Positions 56,301 to 64,000 of a stretch of DNA of 64,000 bases are shown here, piece by piece. A program made the translations under genes and the position numbers. Under the pieces are notes generated by a model that saw nothing but the letters and a program-made list of their open reading frames with translations, did not search any database and was not told the DNA's origin. Location of the stretch: IMG/VR virus record IMGVR_UViG_3300034102_001457, positions 1 through 64,000 of that record; one strand, written 5' to 3'. Each line of letters starts with the position of its first letter. The first letter of the stretch is position 1. The stretch is from a virus.

Positions 56301-59300
56301 TGATTTCGTCTCCTGCAGTTAAAACATTAATAGAAGAAAATACTACAATCCAAACTAATATTGGTTGTACAATTGAATATAATATGAATTCAATGGTAGA
56401 CAATATTTCAGTTGTTGGAACTGATTATGTTAGAGCAGATGGGGCCAAGCCTTATCAAAAGCTATTTCCAGCATCTTCTGTTGTCAAGGCTTTCAGACCA
56501 CTTGGGGCTGGAATCAAGTACGGTGTATTTGGAGACGTAGCTCTTAATACGTGGAAAGATCCTAAAAAGGTAGAGTACCCTTTAAACTTTAGAACTTATT
56601 ACCCTGGGCTAGATACATACTATAAATACTGGCTATCTCAAAAAGGCGTTGGGGCGAACATAGAGATTACATATAATGGACAAACAATACTAACGAATAA
56701 AATTGTTGTTAGATTTGAGATATCTCATTCTATTCCTGCAACATGGTCTGTGTATAAACAGGGCAACAGTCTTCTTGCAGAAGGAACAAGCGCTGCAATA
56801 AAGCCTTTCCCAACTGGTTCTGCAAAGAGCTATGATGCTGGAACATTAACTCTTTATTATAACGGAACGGCATGGGTAACCACAGAGCCTGCTACTATAT
56901 CCGCACCAGTATCTATTACAGGATTAAAGCTAGTAACGCCAGGTGTTACTAATGCTCACATAGGAGTAATTGAAGTTTCTCCTAGATGGGTTGCCGATAT
57001 AACAGATCACATTGTTGGATTTAGCACAAGCCAAGAATCTTCTACTAGTGCAGATGATATTCTTCCAGTTGGAAAAGTTTCTGCAAATTCATTATCTCTT
57101 GACTTAGTTTCATATGAAGCAGCCAGAAAAATTATTACTTATGATAAGGGTACTGCCTTTAGTTCTTCTAACCTATACATGTATAAGTCCGCAGAATTAA
57201 AACCATACATAAAGGTATATTATTCAGGAGCACCCTATACTGATTCAAAGGGTGCTTACGAGAAGGTAAAGCAAGGAACATACTATATTGATAACTGGAG
57301 CACCTCAGAGTTTGGAGATATTTCTTTAGACGCACTTGATGGAGCAAAGTTTCTTCAAGACATTTCCTGCCCTGGAATGGTTTCTAAAGATACTACTGCA
57401 GTAGGAATTATTAGAAGACTCTTGGACAACGTTGGATTTACAAACTATAACATAAACTATAAAACAGATTCTGCTGGAAAAATAACAGACACCTCTATCC
57501 TCAGCCCGTTCTATTGGTGGACAGACGACGGAGAAACTGTATGGAATGCTATTCAGGAATTATGTAGAGATTCTCAAATGGTAGCGACATTTGATGAAAA
57601 TAATGTTCTGCAATTTTACACAAGAGACTATTTGTTTTCGAGAACAGATGCTCATTGGAATTTTAAATATTCAAAAGATGGCAACATCCTTCCTAATATT
57701 ATTTCTTTTGAAAAGAAAGATTTGCCAGCAGTTAATCAGGTAAAAGTTTTATGGAGCCCAGTAACATCTAGTCAGCTTATTGGAGACGGACAGCCTCTAT
57801 GGAAGTCTGGATCTGCATACCTAGGCGCATATTCTTTATCAACAGATATTCCCGCTAGCACAAGCGGAGGCGGAGCTGGAACGGAAATTAGCCTAGTCCC
57901 TATAACAGTCAATCAAGACCTTAAGCAAATCATATATAACTTCGCTGGCTACTTGGTTATAGATTCTGAAATCATAGAGTATGATGCAATTGAATATCAA
58001 TACATAAATACTACACTGGGTAGAACAAAGGCATGGATAACTCAGATATCTGATTTGCAAAAAATAGCTAATGACATAACTACTACCATTGCAGCAAATA
58101 AAGCAATTGGGCAAACTGGAAAGATTAGGATCAAATCTAGAGGAGCGTTTGGGACAAGTGCTGTAGCTCATGCAAAAACTGGCTCAGTTACTGGATGGAC
58201 TGGATTTGATAATACATTTAGAACTAGTTCTGAAAATACGCAAGGGTCAAGCACTCCTTCAAGCATTTCTCAGGTTACTGCCACAATTCCAGACATAAAT
58301 ATTACTCCTTCAGAATCAGAAGAGGTAGAAGTATCTCCAGTTAAATTAATTCAAAAATCTTTATTCCAGATAACATCTAGCGGGTCGGCTGACAAACAAA
58401 ATAAATATTCTGTTTCTGTAAAAGATATGGAAATAGCAGATACTGGAAACTTCTATAATTTTGGAACAGGTTTATTTTTTAAAGGGGCTAAAAACGATAC
58501 AAAGGGATCTGGCGGTATAGGATTTTTTACAAGCTCAAATGGACTTGATGGATATTATGTTAAATTAGAAACAACAAGTAATCTTCCAGAAAGTGGATCA
58601 GATAGGCCTTTATCTATTTTTAAAGTAAAAAATGGAGTAATCACTCCTCTAAAAGATACTCAAGAAAAGGGAAGCAATAAATCTCTAGCCTATTTAGCTC
58701 AGGGAGTTTCTTATAAGGTTGATATTCGTGTAAAAGTTGAAAGTTCAATTGTTGCAATAGATGTTTTTATTAATAACTTTAAGGTAACAGCAGTTGACTC
58801 AGCAGATATAATTTCTCCAACAAGTAACGTGGCCCTATTCTCAAATGCCAACTCAACATTTTTTGATTATGTTTATTCTATTCCTCTTAACGAAACTCAA
58901 TACAAGGACGGAGTAATTGGAAACCAATACTCTGGAAGATTTGGGTCCACAACCCTAGACTTTTTATATGGGGATAAGCTTTCAAGCGGATTTGATAATA
59001 GTGGAATATCTGGGGGAGCCATAGATGAATTTGGAACTGTAGCCAGAGAACTTTTAAAAGTAAACATTAAATATGATTCTAGACCAGCCTTCCCAATCAT
59101 CACCAGTCTTGGCTTAAATAAGTTTGTAGAGCTTTTAGGATACAGGTTAAACTCCTTTGGCGCTGAGGTTTATGTTCTAAATAATGCTGGTACCTTTATT
59201 CCGCTAGACGATTCGAAGTTTGCCTCATTTAGCATAATTGGAAATACACTAGTTCAGTCTGGTCAAAATGAATACGTTGACAAAACAATAAACGAGTTTA

Positions 59301-59581
59301 CCGTTCCAGAGCAGGTTACATTTGAGTCGGTTTGGATTCAAAAAGAGTCTGATGCCAAGAGCCTTTCAGACTGGATAAAAGCTCAGTGGTCAAAGAAGCA
59401 GTCTGTTTGCGAACTAGAAGTTTTCTCAAACCCCTTGATTTCTGTAGGAGATATTGTTACAATTAACTATCCAGCCAATGGACTAAATGGCACACAAAAA
59501 TTTATAGTATCAAATATTAACAATTCATTTGACGGGGGGCTAAGTACCAGAATAACAACTAGATCTATTTATAGTTCATAA
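56300..59581 (+). CDS. Tail tip/baseplate hub protein
   Basis: Size, position and C-terminal NP.I..GD.V motif. Confidence 0.65.
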   Translation: MISSPAVKTLIEENTTIQTNIGCTIEYNMNSMVDNISVVGTDYVRADGAKPYQKLFPASSVVKAFRPLGAGIKYGVFGDVALNTWKDPKKVEYPLNFRTYYPGLDTYYKYWLSQKGVGANIEITYNGQTILTNKIVVRFEISHSIPATWSVYKQGNSLLAEGTSAAIKPFPTGSAKSYDAGTLTLYYNGTAWVTTEPATISAPVSITGLKLVTPGVTNAHIGVIEVSPRWVADITDHIVGFSTSQESSTSADDILPVGKVSANSLSLDLVSYEAARKIITYDKGTAFSSSNLYMYKSAELKPYIKVYYSGAPYTDSKGAYEKVKQGTYYIDNWSTSEFGDISLDALDGAKFLQDISCPGMVSKDTTAVGIIRRLLDNVGFTNYNINYKTDSAGKITDTSILSPFYWWTDDGETVWNAIQELCRDSQMVATFDENNVLQFYTRDYLFSRTDAHWNFKYSKDGNILPNIISFEKKDLPAVNQVKVLWSPVTSSQLIGDGQPLWKSGSAYLGAYSLSTDIPASTSGGGAGTEISLVPITVNQDLKQIIYNFAGYLVIDSEIIEYDAIEYQYINTTLGRTKAWITQISDLQKIANDITTTIAANKAIGQTGKIRIKSRGAFGTSAVAHAKTGSVTGWTGFDNTFRTSSENTQGSSTPSSISQVTATIPDINITPSESEEVEVSPVKLIQKSLFQITSSGSADKQNKYSVSVKDMEIADTGNFYNFGTGLFFKGAKNDTKGSGGIGFFTSSNGLDGYYVKLETTSNLPESGSDRPLSIFKVKNGVITPLKDTQEKGSNKSLAYLAQGVSYKVDIRVKVESSIVAIDVFINNFKVTAVDSADIISPTSNVALFSNANSTFFDYVYSIPLNETQYKDGVIGNQYSGRFGSTTLDFLYGDKLSSGFDNSGISGGAIDEFGTVARELLKVNIKYDSRPAFPIITSLGLNKFVELLGYRLNSFGAEVYVLNNAGTFIPLDDSKFASFSIIGNTLVQSGQNEYVDKTINEFTVPEQVTFESVWIQKESDAKSLSDWIKAQWSKKQSVCELEVFSNPLISVGDIVTINYPANGLNGTQKFIVSNINNSFDGGLSTRITTRSIYSS

Positions 59582-59597
59582 ATGGTATAATAAAAAA

Positions 59598-60014
59598 ATG
59601 GTATCCTCAAATAAGAAAAAGCCTTCAGTAAGCGGACAGCCGAACACGGCTGCCCTAGTTACCGTTGAGGGATCAGAGCTTGATTTTTATACAAATAAAA
59701 ACTATCTAGCCTATCAGTTAGCTCAATATGCAGCGGCACAAAGAGACGGCAAATTTGCTAATGATAAGATTGGCGACGATGTCCCAGGCGATGAAGAAGA
59801 AGAAGAGACGGGTGAAGGAGAAGAGACTGAAGAGGGAGAAGAAGGCTCAGAAGGAGAAGGAAAAGGGAGACCAAGTCTTTCTGATATTGAAATAGTTTCA
59901 AACGAAGTTGTTCTAGGCGTAGGAGATATCCCTAGTGCAAAAATAGTATTTAAGGTTAAGAACAGTAGTGGGGTAGAATTAAAAGCAATAAATGTAAGAG
60001 TGGAGAAAAAATGA
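59598..60014 (+). CDS. Acidic hypothetical tail-region protein
   Basis: E/G-rich tract. Confidence 0.6.
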   Translation: MVSSNKKKPSVSGQPNTAALVTVEGSELDFYTNKNYLAYQLAQYAAAQRDGKFANDKIGDDVPGDEEEEETGEGEETEEGEEGSEGEGKGRPSLSDIEIVSNEVVLGVGDIPSAKIVFKVKNSSGVELKAINVRVEKK

Positions 60015-60937
60015 TAACTAAATTTGGAAAAAGATTTTTGACAAGTTACCTTTCTGGTGGCAATGACTTTGCCTCAAAGGAATTAGCTCTAGGGATTGGG
60101 TCATCGACCCCTAATGCAAAAGGCAATGACACAAAATTAGATTTCGAGTTTTATCGTTTGCCAGTAGAACTATCTGGTTTTAATATTTTACAGTCTGGAG
60201 TAGACGTAGACGGAGACCCAGTGTACAGCTATTTTGTAACATACAAGTCTACAATACCACAAGATGTCTCTGGGGTAGTTTCTGAGGTAGGACTATATCC
60301 TGAAGGCAGACAATCCTTTAATAATTTTGATAGCAAATTTATTACATCCTTCACAAATGAGTTTAACTGGTTTAGTGGATCTGATAATCCTACATCACAG
60401 GGTAACACTCAAGACGCTAGCGGCAATTATACATTTTTATCAAAGGTTAGCGATAGCATGATAAAGGTTGATGTTGCTTCAGGACAAACAAAAGAATACA
60501 TAAACTCTTTTATTTCTGATGATATATCTGGATACAGTATAAACGACACCATATCTATTGCGTATAAAAAAGCAGACAATAATTTATCTAAGATTAGAGT
60601 AAAATTTTACAGTTCTGATTTAGCATATTATTATGTAGACTTTACACCACTGTCTGGAACTGGAGATCGGATACAGACGCTTACGCTAAACAATCTTTTT
60701 GCAAACTATACAGCTGCACCTAACTTGCCAGACCCATCTTCAATTATAAAAATTGGTGTGGCGACAACTGCATCAGGAGGCAACACAACCGTGTACTTTG
60801 ATGCGATAAGAATAAATGACGAAGATACATTTGACCCAGGGTACGGCTTAATCAGCAGATCTGTTCTGTCAACACCATTAATTAAAAAAGCTGGTAGACC
60901 AGTAGATATTGAATATAAGCTGCAGTTGGATTTCTAA
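60011..60937 (+). CDS. Tail/baseplate protein
   Basis: MIT..G...LALGIG...DT.L..E motif. Confidence 0.6.
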   Translation: MITKFGKRFLTSYLSGGNDFASKELALGIGSSTPNAKGNDTKLDFEFYRLPVELSGFNILQSGVDVDGDPVYSYFVTYKSTIPQDVSGVVSEVGLYPEGRQSFNNFDSKFITSFTNEFNWFSGSDNPTSQGNTQDASGNYTFLSKVSDSMIKVDVASGQTKEYINSFISDDISGYSINDTISIAYKKADNNLSKIRVKFYSSDLAYYYVDFTPLSGTGDRIQTLTLNNLFANYTAAPNLPDPSSIIKIGVATTASGGNTTVYFDAIRINDEDTFDPGYGLISRSVLSTPLIKKAGRPVDIEYKLQLDF

Positions 60938-63898
60938 ATGAGCAAAGACGCACAATACGATGCAAAGAACTTTCCATCTGACTTAAACAAAAACAATAAA
61001 GTCAAAACTGGACAAGACTACTTTACAATACCTGTTGTAGATTTAAACATCGGGCAAACGTATTCTTTTAATTTTCAGTGGGTGTACCCAAATGGCAAAG
61101 TAAGCCCTTGGTCAGACGGATATTCAGTAACAGCAGCATCTTATGTTTCTAAATTAACTAAGCCCACAATTACGGTTACCCCAGCATCACTGGGCTATAC
61201 AGTTTCTTACACTAAACAAACTGATAAAAATTTTGACAACGCTATTATTGAAGAGGCAATCTCTACATCAAATACAGCCCCAACAACTGGATATCAAGAA
61301 GTTGGAGTAACATCTTCAAACCCAATAACAATAACAGTTGGAGATGTTTTAAAAAGATGGGTAAGATTAAAGCTTACAGATAAAATTGCTGGCAACACAG
61401 CCTACTCAGATCCAGTATCAGTTACCCCTATAGACCCAGTAGCAGCATCTCTAGACTCTACTCCTCCCGCATCAGCAAGCAGCGTTGTGGCAATATGGTC
61501 TGGTAACAATATATTAATTACAGCAACAGTTGACGCTGACTCAAAAAAGTTTATTATAAAACTTACAAATGGAGTTAATGATGGTTTCTTTACTAAATTC
61601 CCATCAACATCTGGAACTTCACAATCAATATTAATTACACAATCCGAGCTGTTCAATACTTTTGGAGAGTACTATACTTCATTTACAGGTTTATTTATTT
61701 CAGCAGACTCTTTTGACAATCGTGATTCTGGAGCGTCATTTGTAGTAGGTACAAAAACAAATCCTTTATTGAACGTAGTTCCTTCATTTACACTAACTGG
61801 AATTACAAATGGTTACACTGCAACATGGACATTGCCACCAGGTGCTTCTTATGCAAAAGTTTACGAGTCTGGAACATCCTGGGGCGCAGGAGATCCCTCA
61901 GAATCTGATTTAGTATTTAGTGGTTCAAGCCCCGCAATTATAAAGAAAACTGTTTACACTCAAAGATTTGTTAAGATAAGATTTGTAACTGACGATGGAT
62001 TCACATCATCTTGGTCTGCTCAGCAGACGGTTACCCCTATTGACGCAATTGCAGCAGATGTAAATGCTCCAGATGCCCCAGCAACAATATCTGCTACGGC
62101 TGGAACAGATAATACTGGAACAGTAGGATTTAATGGTTTTGTTAATATAAGTTGGTCGGCAGTATCTGATTCAACTCTTCGTGGATATAGAATTAGATTT
62201 AGGCCATACAAAGCATCAGCCCCATTTGAAAATTATTCTTATGTAGATTCTCCAGGAACAGGAACAACCTACAGACTTGCAGGATTAGCTCTAGGTACTA
62301 CTTATGAAGTAGGTATTGCTTCTTATGATGAATTTAATAACACTTCTTCTGCATACACTGCTCTTTCTCCAAATATTCAGGTGGCTGGAGCACCATTTAT
62401 TGGTACAAACGTTTCGACTACTGGATATTTTGAGGCTGGAGTAAGTGGAACAGATACTGGAACATTTAAGTTTGGTTACGGAGTAGATACGGGTAAGCGA
62501 GGCCTTGTTTTAAATGCAAGCAACTACTGGTACATTGACTCTGCCCAGTCTGCATTATTTAAAATAGGTGGAGCATTAAACAACTTTGTTTCCTGGAATG
62601 GAACTAAGTTATCTATTGATGGAGATTTAGGAGTTGCAGGCGGAACAACTATTGGTGGCAATATTTCTATGGGAGCATCTGGTGCCTCTATTTTTCAAGG
62701 AACATTAAATGGGTCTGGGAATTTAACTAGCGACGGATTTTTGTTAAATAGTGGCGGGCTTGTAATTAAAAAGGGTTCTGTTCAATTAAGACTTGATACT
62801 TCAGACGGTGGAATCTATGCACAATACGGACAAATTGCTGGATGGACAATTGACTCATCTAAACTTGAAAGAGGATCTACTGGAACATACACTGGAATAA
62901 GTTCTTCTGGAACATATGCAATTTGGGCTGGCTCTGATGTATCTGCTGGAAACGCAACGGCTAATTTTTCAGTAACTCCAGCTGGTGCTGTAATAGCAAA
63001 AAATATAACAATTACTGGCGGATCTTTAACAGTAGGAGCTTCTTCAATTGCAGCATCTACTGGAAAGCTTATATCAACAGATGCAGAAATTACTGGTAAG
63101 ATTACGGCAAGCACTGGAAAAATTGGTAATATAAATATTGATAGTGGTGGACTTTATATATCAGATGCAACTCCACCAACATCAAGTACTGGGAATAGAG
63201 TTGTTTTTGCTGGCGGTGGAATCGCTGCATATGCAAGCGGAAGCGGTACTCCAAAATTCCAACTAGCATCGGACGGAACTGCAGTCGTTGGTGGATGGAC
63301 AATCAACGCTACGTCCTTGTCGGCATCGGGAATGACATTAGATTCTGGTTCTCAAACTATAAGCTTTACAAGCGGGTTCATAATAGATAATGATAATTTT
63401 ACATACAATGTAGCTGGCAGCACTCAAGAATCATCTACATATTACGCATCAGATGTAACAAATACAGATGGATCAGTACAGGATTCTTTTGTCTCATCTC
63501 CACCAGGAACAGCTATAGGAAGCTCAATTAGAATCAAGCCTTCTAGTAACTTTAGTGCAACAACATCTCCCGCACTAGTAATGTCAAAAGATGGAACTAG
63601 TTACTCAACACTGCAGGCTGGAGGATCTTATATTAGCTTAAGCAGCACAGGAGTTGTTATTAATACTAATACAACTGGTGGCATTGTGCTTAAAGGATTT
63701 GCAAGCGCATATCACAGAATGTATGATGCCACCAAAGAAGCAGGAGCAGTTTTGCAAATTTTTAGCGATGGAAGAGTTACTGCTGGTAGAGCATTCTATA
63801 GATCTGGTGCTTCAGAAAATTCTATTACAAACATAAATCATAGTACCTGGCCCTACGTTGGGCTCATAGGCGACGTTATATTTAGTACGGCGGATTAA
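60938..63898 (+). CDS. FN3-containing tail fibre/host-specificity protein
   Basis: FN3 modules and G.I.GW.I repeats. Confidence 0.75.
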   Translation: MSKDAQYDAKNFPSDLNKNNKVKTGQDYFTIPVVDLNIGQTYSFNFQWVYPNGKVSPWSDGYSVTAASYVSKLTKPTITVTPASLGYTVSYTKQTDKNFDNAIIEEAISTSNTAPTTGYQEVGVTSSNPITITVGDVLKRWVRLKLTDKIAGNTAYSDPVSVTPIDPVAASLDSTPPASASSVVAIWSGNNILITATVDADSKKFIIKLTNGVNDGFFTKFPSTSGTSQSILITQSELFNTFGEYYTSFTGLFISADSFDNRDSGASFVVGTKTNPLLNVVPSFTLTGITNGYTATWTLPPGASYAKVYESGTSWGAGDPSESDLVFSGSSPAIIKKTVYTQRFVKIRFVTDDGFTSSWSAQQTVTPIDAIAADVNAPDAPATISATAGTDNTGTVGFNGFVNISWSAVSDSTLRGYRIRFRPYKASAPFENYSYVDSPGTGTTYRLAGLALGTTYEVGIASYDEFNNTSSAYTALSPNIQVAGAPFIGTNVSTTGYFEAGVSGTDTGTFKFGYGVDTGKRGLVLNASNYWYIDSAQSALFKIGGALNNFVSWNGTKLSIDGDLGVAGGTTIGGNISMGASGASIFQGTLNGSGNLTSDGFLLNSGGLVIKKGSVQLRLDTSDGGIYAQYGQIAGWTIDSSKLERGSTGTYTGISSSGTYAIWAGSDVSAGNATANFSVTPAGAVIAKNITITGGSLTVGASSIAASTGKLISTDAEITGKITASTGKIGNINIDSGGLYISDATPPTSSTGNRVVFAGGGIAAYASGSGTPKFQLASDGTAVVGGWTINATSLSASGMTLDSGSQTISFTSGFIIDNDNFTYNVAGSTQESSTYYASDVTNTDGSVQDSFVSSPPGTAIGSSIRIKPSSNFSATTSPALVMSKDGTSYSTLQAGGSYISLSSTGVVINTNTTGGIVLKGFASAYHRMYDATKEAGAVLQIFSDGRVTAGRAFYRSGASENSITNINHSTWPYVGLIGDVIFSTAD

Positions 63899-63900
63899 TA

Positions 63901-64000
63901 ATGGCAGGTAAGTCATATATAAAAGTTGGTGCCTACGATTGGGACCGAATAAAAAAAATGTATGTAAAAACTGGTGGACAAACATGGTCTGCAATTAGAA
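63901..64000 (+). CDS. Partial tail-associated gene (MAGKSYIKVG...)
   Basis: Open reading frame to the window end. Confidence 0.55.
   Translation, partial: MAGKSYIKVGAYDWDRIKKMYVKTGGQTWSAIR

Overview
A 64-kb slice of a large, AT-rich tailed (siphovirus-like) dsDNA phage genome. Gene content and regulatory motifs point to an actinobacterial host, probably a freshwater one; this is inference. (1) 1-4.9 kb: a minus-strand block of tiny genes (early or host-takeover-like). It is driven by nine copies of a TGTCRG-N10-TAnnnT promoter that matches the actinobacterial PafBC/RecA-NDp DNA-damage promoter. The intergenic spaces carry helically phased CRP-type palindromes, two perfect DnaA boxes, a LexA SOS box and GACAC repeats. 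(2) 5-13 kb: a strand switch with AT-rich tandem repeats, HNH genes, a DUF6065-like gene, a luciferase-like monooxygenase, three tRNAs, a candidate sRNA, a lysozyme-like protein, a GT4 glycosyltransferase and a class II ribonucleotide reductase. (3) 13-40 kb: a long fibre/decoration gene block (collagen, FN3, LamG and cupredoxin domains). It contains a cassette made of a PASTA-(NPGF)n-Hint protein followed by GNAT-like and 2OG-Fe(II) oxygenase genes. (4) 40-64 kb: portal, protease/scaffold, major capsid, neck and tail genes, a -1 frameshifted tail chaperone, a tape measure protein with an embedded DRGH nuclease-like segment, and tail-tip genes. No terminase, integrase or CRISPR array is visible. 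All protein calls come from motif recognition by eye, not database searches.
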